Shown here piece after piece: positions 6,940-16,318 of a stretch of 64,000 bases of DNA. The first letter of the stretch is position 1; each line of letters starts with the position of its first letter. Under the pieces are notes generated by a model that had not been told where the DNA came from, made no database searches, and worked only from the letters and a program-made list of their open reading frames with translations. The DNA is from a virus, in the IMG/VR virus record IMGVR_UViG_3300022701_000122, positions 118,758-182,757 of that record; one strand, written 5' to 3'. The translations under genes were made by a program, and so were the position numbers.

Positions 6940-9231
6940 ATGACTGTAAAATGTGAAATTTGTGGAAGAGAATTTGAAAAAGTATTGGGTTTATCGAGAC
7001 ATATTGCTCATGCTATTAAAAATGATAATGTACGACATAATGGGATAACTGTAAGAGAATATTATGATAAATATATAAAAATTGATGAGAATGAAGGGAT
7101 ATGTCCAACTTGTGGATCAGAAACAGATTTTAAATCTATGGGGCGAGGTTATTCTAAATATTGTCCAAATAGAAAATGTTTAAGAATGAGTAAAGAAACT
7201 ATAAATAAAAGAAAACAAACTAATTTAGAAAAATATGGTGTTGAAAACCCATTATCAAATAAAGAAGTTCAAGAAAAACGAAAACAAACATTTATTAAAA
7301 ATTATGGAGTAGATAACCCATTAAAAAATAAAGATATTCAAAAAAAAGTAAAAAGGACTTGTTTAGAAAAATATGGTGTTGAAAACCCATTATCAAATAA
7401 AGAAGTTCAAGAAAAACGAAAACAAACAATGGTTAGACGATATGGTGTTGAAATATCGATTCAAAATAAAGAAATAAAAGATAAAATAAAGAAAACTAAT
7501 ATAGAGCGATATGGTGTAGATAATCCTGGAAAGTCTAAACAAGTTCAAGAAAAAATGAAGAAGACTAATATAGAACGACATGGTGTAGAAAATGTGTTTA
7601 TGATAGATTCTTTTCAAGAAAAAAGAAAGAAATCAATGATTAAAAAATATGGTGCAGAATATCCAATTCAAAATAAAGAAATAAAAAATAAAATAAAGAA
7701 AACTAATATAGATCGATATGGTGTAGAAAACCCATTACAAAATAAAGAAATAAAAGATAAAATAAAGAAAACTAATTTAGAACGGTATGGTACTGAATTT
7801 GGTCTTTCTTCAGAAGAAGTAAGAAAAAAAATTGAACAAACAAATACGGATAGATATGGTGTTAAGTCAACTCTTTCAGTTCCAGAAGTTCAAGAAAAAA
7901 TAAGACAGACTAATATTAAAAGATATGGTGTAGAATATCCGATTCAGAATAAAGAAATAAAAGATAAAATAAAGAAAACTAATTTAGAGCGATATGGTGT
8001 AGATAATGTGTTTATGTCTGACAAAATAAAGAAGCGAATTAAAGAAATTAATTTAGAACGATATGGTATAGAATATCCAGCTAAAAACAAAGAAATTTAT
8101 GATAAAGTTAGAAAAACAAATATGAAGAGATATGGAGTAAGAAACTATTCACAATCAAACGAATATAAAGAAAAAATTCAAAAATATTGGTTTAACAGAT
8201 TAATGAGTAATAAAACTATATTATCCAAAGTTGAACCATTATTTACTATAGATGATTTTGATGGTTTTTCAGATGGTCAAGAGTACACATTTAAATGTAA
8301 AAAATGTGATTCTATTTTTAATGGTAGAATAACAAATGGGTTAATTCCAAGATGTTATACATGTTATCCGTCTCATGGTACATCAATAGGTGAAAGAGAA
8401 ATATCTGAATTTTGTGAACAATATACAGAAGTTATAAATAATAGTAGATCTATATTAGAAGATGGAAAAGAAATAGATATATTTTTACCAGAATTTAATA
8501 TTGGTATAGAATTTGATGGGTTATACTGGCATAGTGAATATATTATAAATAAAGATTATCATCTTAATAAAACACTAAATGCTTTAGCTGTTGGGATTAA
8601 TCTTATTCATATTTTTGAAGATGAGTGGTATTCCAAATCAGAAATAATAAAGTCTATGTTGCTTTATAGAATGGGTAAAATAGAAAATAGAATATATGGA
8701 AGAAAATGTGAAATAAGAGAAGTATCTAAAAAAGATGAAATAACATTTTTAGATAATAATCATATAAGCGGATACGTTGGATCAAAAATAGCTATTGGAT
8801 TATATTATGAAGATGAACTTATATCAATAATGACATTTGGTAAATCAAGATTTAATAAGAAATATAATTATGAACTAATACGATTTTGCAATAAATTATT
8901 TACTACTGTTATTGGTGGAGCATCAAAATTATTCAAATATTTTATTTCAAATTATTCTATTTATTCTATTATTTCATATTGTAATATGAGATTTTCTACA
9001 GATGGCTTTTATTCAAAAATTGGGTTTGATTTAATTGATATTAGTAGACCAAATTATTTTTACGTTAATAGTAGTAATATACGTGAATCGAGAATTAAAT
9101 ATCAAAAACACAAATTAAAAGATAAATTAGAGACTTTTGATAATAAATTAACAGAGTATGAGAATATGCAATTAAATGGATATTATAGAATTTATGATTG
9201 TGGAAATTTAGTTTATACATGGGAGAAGTGA
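6940..9231 (+). CDS. Putative homing-type endonuclease: Zn fingers + 14 x 23-aa repeats + PD-(D/E)XK (Vsr-like) domain
   Basis: CxxC/HxxH N-terminus; TNLExYGVENPLxNKEIKEKIKK repeats; EIDIFLPEFNIGIEFDGLYWHSE; start after AAGGAG (the ORF track starts at 6889). Confidence 0.8.
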   Translation: MTVKCEICGREFEKVLGLSRHIAHAIKNDNVRHNGITVREYYDKYIKIDENEGICPTCGSETDFKSMGRGYSKYCPNRKCLRMSKETINKRKQTNLEKYGVENPLSNKEVQEKRKQTFIKNYGVDNPLKNKDIQKKVKRTCLEKYGVENPLSNKEVQEKRKQTMVRRYGVEISIQNKEIKDKIKKTNIERYGVDNPGKSKQVQEKMKKTNIERHGVENVFMIDSFQEKRKKSMIKKYGAEYPIQNKEIKNKIKKTNIDRYGVENPLQNKEIKDKIKKTNLERYGTEFGLSSEEVRKKIEQTNTDRYGVKSTLSVPEVQEKIRQTNIKRYGVEYPIQNKEIKDKIKKTNLERYGVDNVFMSDKIKKRIKEINLERYGIEYPAKNKEIYDKVRKTNMKRYGVRNYSQSNEYKEKIQKYWFNRLMSNKTILSKVEPLFTIDDFDGFSDGQEYTFKCKKCDSIFNGRITNGLIPRCYTCYPSHGTSIGEREISEFCEQYTEVINNSRSILEDGKEIDIFLPEFNIGIEFDGLYWHSEYIINKDYHLNKTLNALAVGINLIHIFEDEWYSKSEIIKSMLLYRMGKIENRIYGRKCEIREVSKKDEITFLDNNHISGYVGSKIAIGLYYEDELISIMTFGKSRFNKKYNYELIRFCNKLFTTVIGGASKLFKYFISNYSIYSIISYCNMRFSTDGFYSKIGFDLIDISRPNYFYVNSSNIRESRIKYQKHKLKDKLETFDNKLTEYENMQLNGYYRIYDCGNLVYTWEK
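7218..8185 (+). repeat. Coding tandem repeat, 69-bp period (14 units)
   Basis: 67-bp exact duplication at 7224..7290 and 7362..7428; YG(V) motif every 23 aa. Confidence 0.85.
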
Positions 9232-9236
9232 TTTAA

Positions 9237-9392
9237 ATGGAAAACGTAAATAAATATTTACTCGAAGATAAAAATAAAGATGAAAAGGATATAAGATATA
9301 TAGTTAAAGAAATGATTCTTCTTAATTATAGAATGTCTGTATCATTTATGAATTTTCAACTTAAGCAACTTAAATTATTTTTTAATAAATAA
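9237..9392 (+). CDS. Small hypothetical protein (51 aa), not in the ORF track
   Basis: MENVNKYLLE... fills the gap between two genes. Confidence 0.5.
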   Translation: MENVNKYLLEDKNKDEKDIRYIVKEMILLNYRMSVSFMNFQLKQLKLFFNK

Positions 9393-9409
9393 AAAGGATG
9401 TGATTTGCT

Positions 9410-10309
9410 GTGACACAAGGTAGTTATAAGAAACGTAATCCCGAAGATGTTGTTCATAAATGTAGAGTTTGTGGATATGAAGCAACTAATTGGACTGATT
9501 TTAAGAAACATGTAACAAGATGGACAAAATATCATCCAACTCTTGAAAAATATTATATCCGATATATGAAGAACGATGGAGAAGGAATATGTGCTATTGA
9601 TGGTTGTAATAATGAAACTGAATTTATAACAATTAATGGTGATAAATCATATAAATTATATTGCAATGAACACTTTCCAAAACATGTTCAGATAAGAACT
9701 GATGAAGAAATAGAGCATAATAAGAAAGTATGTCAAATATGCGGAAAGGAAAATATAAAGAAGATTGGTGGTCATACATATCTATGTCATAAAATTACTG
9801 CTAAAGAATACTATGATAAATATTTAACGAAGTATGAAGATGAGAAAATATGTTCAGTATGTGGTCGAGATGTTACTTTTACTGGTAGAGTAACGGCAGG
9901 ATATTATAGGACATGTACTCATCTTGGAGTATGTGCTAAATTAGATAAAGAGTACAAAAAGAAACAAAAATCTGTTTCATTAAAAAAATATGGAGTAGAT
10001 AATCCTGCAAAATCTCCTGTAATAATTGAAAAAATAAAAAGATCTACTAAAGAGAATAAGGATAAAGAGTTACGTAGATTAAAACTAAAGCTATCTAAAC
10101 CAAATATATATGTATTAAATATAAAAGAATTTGCTGATAAACATGATATTATAGAATCAAAAAGAAAAAATAGTAAAGAAGAATTAGAATGTATTATTAA
10201 AGAAGTTGATGATGATAATTCTGAATTAGAATGTAGTGATTCGAATGGAATAATTATAAAAAAATCAATAAAAAAAGATAAGACCATCTTCAATTTTGGA
10301 AAATTCTAA
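9410..10309 (+). CDS. Zn-finger protein: two CxxC-H-H/YYxxY/CxxC modules plus one KYGVDNP repeat
   Basis: Paralogous to the N-termini of the two endonucleases; lacks a nuclease domain. Confidence 0.7.
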   Translation: MTQGSYKKRNPEDVVHKCRVCGYEATNWTDFKKHVTRWTKYHPTLEKYYIRYMKNDGEGICAIDGCNNETEFITINGDKSYKLYCNEHFPKHVQIRTDEEIEHNKKVCQICGKENIKKIGGHTYLCHKITAKEYYDKYLTKYEDEKICSVCGRDVTFTGRVTAGYYRTCTHLGVCAKLDKEYKKKQKSVSLKKYGVDNPAKSPVIIEKIKRSTKENKDKELRRLKLKLSKPNIYVLNIKEFADKHDIIESKRKNSKEELECIIKEVDDDNSELECSDSNGIIIKKSIKKDKTIFNFGKF

Positions 10310-10314
10310 CTGTT

Positions 10315-10506
10315 ATGAGAAATAAAGATATAAAGAATCTAATAAAAAATAATATTACATGTAATAAATGTATTGGGTGTGGAAAAAAGTTTGTCACATT
10401 TGAAGATTATATGGATCATATGGAAAGATTTAAACAACGAGTTAAATTAATAATAGTTCTTAAAAAAATAATATTGAAAGCGATTGATTCTAATGATGAT
10501 AACTAA
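10315..10506 (+). CDS. Small Zn-finger-like protein
   Basis: CIGCGKKF..FEDYMDH. Confidence 0.55.
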   Translation: MRNKDIKNLIKNNITCNKCIGCGKKFVTFEDYMDHMERFKQRVKLIIVLKKIILKAIDSNDDN

Positions 10507-10822
10507 AGAAATTCAATACACTGAAAATGTACCTACATTCAAAACTCGACAGTTAACTTTTCCAATATATTTAATATATGATATGACTAATAAAGATAAT
10601 CCAAATGAACAAGAATGTTGTCTTTATTGGAGAATAGATGAGTTTTTAAATTGTACTAAAATATATATAAATGATTGTTTTGATAGCAAATCTATTACAT
10701 TAGAATTTGAGCAAATAGACGGAACAAAATTAATAGAAATGATGAATGAATATAATGAAACAAATGAATGTGATTTCAGATCAGCAATATGTGAATTAGA
10801 GAATAAGATGTTAAATTTGTGA
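10493..10822 (+). CDS. Hypothetical protein
   Basis: ORF (the track starts at 10484). Confidence 0.6.
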   Translation: MMITKEIQYTENVPTFKTRQLTFPIYLIYDMTNKDNPNEQECCLYWRIDEFLNCTKIYINDCFDSKSITLEFEQIDGTKLIEMMNEYNETNECDFRSAICELENKMLNL

Positions 10823-10830
10823 AAAAAACA

Positions 10831-11047
10831 AGCATTTACTTATTACCCGAATAATTCGGTAAATGCTCTGGCGCACATACTTCACGCCAATTTCTCGTAT
10901 AGGACCATGTACTCTCTGATATCCATGATCCCATTCGGGTTTACGGTCAGGGCACCAATCTTGACAACGGGTGCTTTTATTAACTACATATATGTATCAG
11001 AGCCATATATATAGCACACTATAGAAAGTACAAATTTTCTATAGTGT
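10831..11047. ncRNA. Candidate structured RNA, possibly on the minus strand
   Basis: GC-enriched ORF-free gap with 6-7 stems; on the minus strand it ends in a hairpin plus U tract. Confidence 0.4.
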
Positions 11048-11086
11048 TATTACTTAATATATAGTGAATTTATAAGGAGAAATTGT

Positions 11087-11350
11087 ATGAATAAGTTAAA
11101 ATGTAGAGAGTGTGGAAAAGAGTTTAAAAATGTAGCTGCTACAAGTAGACATGTAACAAAAGAACATAATATGAAAGTTAAAGATTATTATGATAAATAT
11201 TTTAAAGAAAATGGAGAAGATAAGTGTAAAAACGATCTTTGTGTTGGAGGTGGAAAGAACAGTTTTCTATCATTGGGTAGAGGGTACAATAATTGCTGTT
11301 GTACTAAGTGTGGATCAATATGGGGATTAAGTCGAAATAAGAAAGGGTAG
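11087..11350 (+). CDS. Stand-alone Zn-finger module protein
   Basis: CRECG..H...H.MKVKDYYDKY...C...C...GRGY..CC..C. Confidence 0.75.
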   Translation: MNKLKCRECGKEFKNVAATSRHVTKEHNMKVKDYYDKYFKENGEDKCKNDLCVGGGKNSFLSLGRGYNNCCCTKCGSIWGLSRNKKG

Positions 11351-11354
11351 ATTT

Positions 11355-11609
11355 ATGAATGATAAAACAAAGTGTAAACTATGTGAAAAAAAATTTGTAA
11401 ATATATCAGAAATCAGTAAGCATATAATAAACGATCATAATATTTCAGTTAAAGAATATTATGATCGTTTTTATAAGGAAGATGGAGAAGGAGAGTGTGC
11501 AAATATCATATGTGGAAAAGAAACAAGATTTTTGTCATTAGGTCGTGGATATAATTTATGTTGTAGTACTGGTTGTGGAATGGATTATGGTCGCTGGCAA
11601 AAAAACTAA
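11355..11609 (+). CDS. Stand-alone Zn-finger module protein (paralog)
   Basis: CKLC..H...H..VKEYYDRFY...GEC...CG..TRFLSLGRGY. Confidence 0.75.
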   Translation: MNDKTKCKLCEKKFVNISEISKHIINDHNISVKEYYDRFYKEDGEGECANIICGKETRFLSLGRGYNLCCSTGCGMDYGRWQKN

Positions 11610-11633
11610 ACCTTATTGGAGGACAAATTTTAA

Positions 11634-11882
11634 ATGATATGTCAGATATGCAAAAAGAGATATGATGATTCATATTGGTTTTTATATCATTTAACTAAAG
11701 GTTACAATGAGGGTACTCATTGTAGTCATCAAGAATATTATGACAGATTCATGGCAATTGATGGGAATGATGTTTATTGCATTCGAAAAGGATGTGATAA
11801 CTTATGTAAACTAATAGATGCTATATCTGGATATGAAGATTATTGTTCAAAAGAATGTGAACAAAAAGATAAAAGGGTGTAA
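11634..11882 (+). CDS. Stand-alone Zn-finger module protein (paralog)
   Basis: CQIC...H...H.SHQEYYDRF...C..C...GY..YCSKEC. Confidence 0.7.
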   Translation: MICQICKKRYDDSYWFLYHLTKGYNEGTHCSHQEYYDRFMAIDGNDVYCIRKGCDNLCKLIDAISGYEDYCSKECEQKDKRV

Positions 11883-11888
11883 TAAATT

Positions 11889-13853
11889 ATGTATACATAC
11901 TTGTCAGAAGAATACATTGAAGAATTTACTATGTTTTCTCCAGAAATAAAAGAAGCTGGTAAATATATTACTGTTTCTAAATTTCCAGTAAACATATTTA
12001 AAGCTGATCTAAAAAGGCAATATAATACTATAAAAATTGCCAATGTTTTTGATCATGCTTTCTTATTCTTTGGAACTGGTAAATTAAGAATTCATAAATT
12101 CTTCTTACCAGAATTTGTATATCTTCTGACAATATTACCACCTTATCCCATCTATTCAAAAGTAAGAGAACTTATATATAGAGATACATGGATGGCAAAT
12201 ACTGTTAAGAATTTTTCATCCATAATTGATTATTCGGCTATATCTAAAATGCTATTTACTCCAATGTCTCATCAGAAGAAGTTTATTGATTTATATCAAG
12301 ATAGAAAACAAAAATTTCTTCTTAATGGATATATATTGGCATTTGACATGGGCCTCGGAAAAACTGCCACATCTTTATTTTTAATGGAAGGGTTACATAA
12401 AGATGTAGTAATCATCATTGCTCCAAAAAGTACCTTGTTACCCGTTTGGAGCAATGAGATTGATAATATATTTAAAGATCATAAAGAAAAATGGCTACCA
12501 TTTGATAGACCAAAACCAGCAGATTTTTTTATTGTTAATTATGAATCCATAGATAAATTAAAAAATGTTTTACCATATTTAAGAAGAGCAAAAAATGTTG
12601 GTATAGTTGTTGATGAATGTCATAATTTCAGAAATGCTAAAACAAAGAGAGTTCAAAATCTAAAGAAAATAGCCGATTTAACAAATTGTAAAGATATATT
12701 GTTAATGAGTGGTACTCCAATTAAAGCATTGGGAACTGAAATTATACCAGTTCTTGAACTCATTGATCCATTTTTCGATGATGAGAGCAAAGTTGTATTC
12801 AAAAAAGCTTTTGGTGTAAATGTGCCAGTTGCACTCGATATTGTTAAGAATAGACTTGGTATAATGATGCATAGGAAGTTGAAGACAGAAGTTCTTAAGC
12901 TTCCAAAAAAATTTATAAAAGAAATAAAAATAAAAATAAGTAATGGGATGGATTTTACTCTTGTATCTGTTAAGAAACAAGTTATGGATTTTATAGTTGA
13001 AAGAAAAGCATATTATGCCAAAAATATGTACAAATATAGAGCAGATTACAATGAATGTATTGTGTATCTTAGATCACAAATACCATATAATGATCCAGAT
13101 TTTGTAGAATATAGAAAAATAGTCGATTATCTTACTAAAAAAGGTTATGATCGACAGAATCAAAAAGTTGTAGAAAAAGTTGCTTGGGCTAATAATTACG
13201 AAAAAGAAGTATTACGTCCATTATTAACATCAGAACTAAAAAAGAAATTTGATAAATCTAAATCTGCTGTAAAATATGTAGATTTGAAGATAATGGGTGA
13301 AGTCATAGGTGGATTGTTATCAAGACTTAGAGTAGCGATGTTTAAAGAGATGATAAATAATAGTCCAACTTGTAAAATAATAAATGATGCTAAGAAAAAA
13401 ACAGTTATGTTTACAACTTATGTGGACGTTTTAAAAGAAGCAAATAGTTATTTAAGAAGAAAATGTAAAAAAGATCCAATATTGATTTATGGAGATACAA
13501 GTAAGAATATAAAAACTGAATTAAGAAAATTTAAAGCCGATGAGACAATTAATCCACTTGTTGCAACAATTCAAACACTTTCAACTGGTGTTACGCTAGT
13601 TGAAGCAAATACTGTCATCTTTATAAATAAGCCTTGGAGAGATGCAGATATGCAGCAAGCTACAGATCGAATATACCGCATTGGTCAGACGGATGATGTT
13701 TACATATATACATATACATTAGATACTGGAAATGAACCAAATCTTTCAACTCGAATGGATGATATATTAGCATGGTCTAAAGAGATGTTTGAAGGGATAG
13801 TTGGTGAAAAGGAAGCCGAACAAGTTATAAAAAGATTAGCTTATAGAGGATAG
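11889..13853 (+). CDS. SNF2-family helicase/ATPase with N-terminal tag (MYTYLSEEYIEE)
   Basis: DMGLGKT, VNYESI, DECH, MSGTP, STGVTL, QATDRIYRIGQ. Confidence 0.9.
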   Translation: MYTYLSEEYIEEFTMFSPEIKEAGKYITVSKFPVNIFKADLKRQYNTIKIANVFDHAFLFFGTGKLRIHKFFLPEFVYLLTILPPYPIYSKVRELIYRDTWMANTVKNFSSIIDYSAISKMLFTPMSHQKKFIDLYQDRKQKFLLNGYILAFDMGLGKTATSLFLMEGLHKDVVIIIAPKSTLLPVWSNEIDNIFKDHKEKWLPFDRPKPADFFIVNYESIDKLKNVLPYLRRAKNVGIVVDECHNFRNAKTKRVQNLKKIADLTNCKDILLMSGTPIKALGTEIIPVLELIDPFFDDESKVVFKKAFGVNVPVALDIVKNRLGIMMHRKLKTEVLKLPKKFIKEIKIKISNGMDFTLVSVKKQVMDFIVERKAYYAKNMYKYRADYNECIVYLRSQIPYNDPDFVEYRKIVDYLTKKGYDRQNQKVVEKVAWANNYEKEVLRPLLTSELKKKFDKSKSAVKYVDLKIMGEVIGGLLSRLRVAMFKEMINNSPTCKIINDAKKKTVMFTTYVDVLKEANSYLRRKCKKDPILIYGDTSKNIKTELRKFKADETINPLVATIQTLSTGVTLVEANTVIFINKPWRDADMQQATDRIYRIGQTDDVYIYTYTLDTGNEPNLSTRMDDILAWSKEMFEGIVGEKEAEQVIKRLAYRG

Positions 13854-13857
13854 ATTA

Positions 13858-14460
13858 TTGAAAATAGATGTGAAAGTTATTGGACATCAAAGATGTGGGA
13901 ATAATTATTTAGCTAATTTAATAAAATTAAATTTTGGAGATGATGTAGAAGTACAAAGTGATTTACACGGGATACTTAGCAGAGACAAAGTACAATATTG
14001 TGTTTATTATGTATATATTGTTAGAAGAATTGGACCAGTTATGAAATCTATGTATAAATTAAGAAATAGATTTGGTTTGAACGTTTCTTCTTATAATGAA
14101 TTTAAAAAAACAAGATACAGAGATATGTGGTCTGAAAATATAAAATCGAAAAATGTTATAATAGATGGAAATAATAAATCTGATTATGTTAGTGATAGAT
14201 TTAAGAAAAATAAACATACTCCTATACAATGGTATAACAAACATGTATCGGATTGGGTTGATTTAAAAAGTGAATTCAAAAATATATGCATTATTCATTA
14301 TGAAGATTTAATAATTAATTTTAATGGAACTATGAATAGAATATCTGATTTTTTTGGTTTAGGAAAAAGAAAGAGTTTTAAAAATATAGATAAAAAAGTT
14401 GGTCCAAGAATAATTGATGATGAAGTAATAAATAAAAAATACATAGATAAAATGAGGTAA
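13858..14460 (+). CDS. Sulfotransferase-fold protein
   Basis: GHQRCGNNYL (5'-PSB loop), YIVRR...KSMY (3'-PB), IHYEDL. Confidence 0.7.
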   Translation: MKIDVKVIGHQRCGNNYLANLIKLNFGDDVEVQSDLHGILSRDKVQYCVYYVYIVRRIGPVMKSMYKLRNRFGLNVSSYNEFKKTRYRDMWSENIKSKNVIIDGNNKSDYVSDRFKKNKHTPIQWYNKHVSDWVDLKSEFKNICIIHYEDLIINFNGTMNRISDFFGLGKRKSFKNIDKKVGPRIIDDEVINKKYIDKMR

Positions 14461-14464
14461 TTTA

Positions 14465-15085
14465 ATGCGAGAAATTGTAAAAGTATTTGGACATCAGCGA
14501 AGTGGAAACCATTATTTGAATCAGTTACTGAAATTAAATTTTGAAAAATTTATTAATATTAAAATAGAAACAAATCATAAATTACTTAAACCAGAAGATA
14601 TAGATAAAAATATAAGTTATATTTATATAATTAGAAATAGAGAAGCTGTTTTGAAATCATTATTCAGAATGAAAGATAGTTATGGATTAGATATTGATAG
14701 TTATGAAAATTTTATATCAACAAGATATTGTGATATGTGGTCTGAAAATATTAAATCAAAAAGTAGAATGATTAGAAGAATTGATTCATCTCTTAATGAA
14801 ACTGTAGAACATACAAGTGAGTGGTTTAGAAATATAAAACATAATCCAATAAAATGGTATAACATTCATTGTAAGCATTGGGTTGATTTAAATCATAAAT
14901 TTGATAATATTTATATAATCTATTATGAAGAAATTATAAAGCATTTTAATGACACACTTGGAAATATAAGAAAATTTTTAGGAATAATTGAGAAAATAAA
15001 ATTCAAAGATGTAAAGCTTAAAATTGGTCCAAGCAAAATTAATGATAATAAAATTCATAATGATTATATCAAAAAGGCATCATAA
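14465..15085 (+). CDS. Sulfotransferase-fold protein (tandem paralog)
   Basis: GHQRSGNHYL, YIIRNREAVLKSLF, IYYEEI; shares DMWSENIKSK with the upstream gene. Confidence 0.7.
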   Translation: MREIVKVFGHQRSGNHYLNQLLKLNFEKFINIKIETNHKLLKPEDIDKNISYIYIIRNREAVLKSLFRMKDSYGLDIDSYENFISTRYCDMWSENIKSKSRMIRRIDSSLNETVEHTSEWFRNIKHNPIKWYNIHCKHWVDLNHKFDNIYIIYYEEIIKHFNDTLGNIRKFLGIIEKIKFKDVKLKIGPSKINDNKIHNDYIKKAS

Positions 15086-15615
15086 TGTTTATATCAGAAG
15101 AATATATTAAAAACTTTTTTCATTATGAATATTGGCTTTCCAGAAATTTATGGAATGATAAAGTACATGAAGCCATGAAGACGTTTGGTGTCTTTTTTGA
15201 TTTAGAAAATAATGATACTAATAAAGAACAAAGAAATATTACAATTCCACAAGATAGATGGGAACATTCTAAGTGTAAATTTAGATGTGAAATGTGGGTT
15301 GCTGGTGGTGATTGGGAGTATCCAGTTCATTATTTTAGATGTCAATTAGCAGACGGTTATGCTTATGAATTGCGACAATATGGTGATCCATTTTTTATTT
15401 TTATACCAAATAAAGAAGAAGGTAACTCCCATCTTGTTGAAATTGATAAGGGTAAAAATAAAGGTGATTTTAGAGCGCCTCATGATGGTGAAAAAGAATA
15501 TGATCCAAAAGTAGATAAAAATCCAAGTAAACGTAAATGTTGGGAATCATTAAATAAATATTTGAAAAAATTGGTTGATATGGAAATTGAGAAGAATAAA
15601 AAGGGTAAAGAGTGA
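15085..15615 (+). CDS. Hypothetical protein with MFISEEY tag
   Basis: ORF; tag. Confidence 0.75.
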   Translation: MFISEEYIKNFFHYEYWLSRNLWNDKVHEAMKTFGVFFDLENNDTNKEQRNITIPQDRWEHSKCKFRCEMWVAGGDWEYPVHYFRCQLADGYAYELRQYGDPFFIFIPNKEEGNSHLVEIDKGKNKGDFRAPHDGEKEYDPKVDKNPSKRKCWESLNKYLKKLVDMEIEKNKKGKE

Positions 15616-16190
15616 TGTTCATATCTGAAGAATATGTTACTATACAAAATAGAAAAGTTTATCATTTAGTTACTGGTAATATTAAAACAATAAAGAAGTA
15701 TGGATTGTGTTCTCCACGTAGAATGTATGAAGTTGATAAAAATTTATTTATGAAAACTTCTTATTCTATTTATCAGAAACGTGCGGCAGATTATAAAAAT
15801 ATTTCTATTAATGACGTAACAGCAGAAGATATATTATATTACTTAGATAATTCACCTCAACGAGTACCACAATTTAGCTCACGTTCTTTATTTTTTAGTT
15901 ATTTGCCTCTATCTGAACATCATAATGATTTACAAAAATATTTTTCAAATGCTATAGAATTAAGCTTACCAATGAAATTTTTAGAAATGTATTATAGCAA
16001 ACCAGTAATTGTTGGACCAGGACCACCTGCTATTGTTAGCAATTGGAATATTATTAAAGATCCCAAGTTTATGGAAACTGTTAAGAAAGCAGCAAGAAGG
16101 AAGCCGCATCCAGTACTTAGATTTAAATATATTCCACATTTAGCAGTTGATGCTTACCATATTCCATTTAATAAATTTGAGGTTATTTAA
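15615..16190 (+). CDS. Tagged protein, possible ADP-ribosyltransferase-like fold
   Basis: MFISEEYVT tag; VYHLVTGNIKTIKKYGLCS resembles the YHxT..L.SI...GL.S start of DarT/Tpt1-like ARTs (the track starts at 15612). Confidence 0.5.
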   Translation: MFISEEYVTIQNRKVYHLVTGNIKTIKKYGLCSPRRMYEVDKNLFMKTSYSIYQKRAADYKNISINDVTAEDILYYLDNSPQRVPQFSSRSLFFSYLPLSEHHNDLQKYFSNAIELSLPMKFLEMYYSKPVIVGPGPPAIVSNWNIIKDPKFMETVKKAARRKPHPVLRFKYIPHLAVDAYHIPFNKFEVI

Positions 16191-16261
16191 TGTATATATC
16201 AGAACAATTCATAAATGAAAAATGTAGTAGTACAGATCGAATAAAAAAACTAAAGTATTAG
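16190..16261 (+). pseudogene. Tag-only mini-ORF MYISEQFINEKCSSTDRIKKLKY, possibly frameshifted at an A7 run
   Basis: ATG overlaps the upstream stop; one extra A would extend the frame (KTKVLAEEKYKSAKECMLKMG...). Confidence 0.5.
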
Positions 16262-16318
16262 CAGAAGAAAAATATAAATCAGCTAAAGAATGTATGTTAA
16301 AAATGGGGGTTAAAATAA

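Noticed and set aside
7218-8185. CRISPR-like periodicity
   Set aside because: The 69-bp period is an in-frame protein repeat with no repeat-spacer alternation. No CRISPR array or cas gene was seen anywhere in the window.
10945-11004. Minus-strand GTTAATAAAAGCACCCGTTGTCAA resembles S. pyogenes tracrRNA; TATCAGAGCCA resembles a plant tRNA-iMet primer-binding site
   Set aside because: Both are short matches, with no Cas9/IscB or retroelement context; likely chance.
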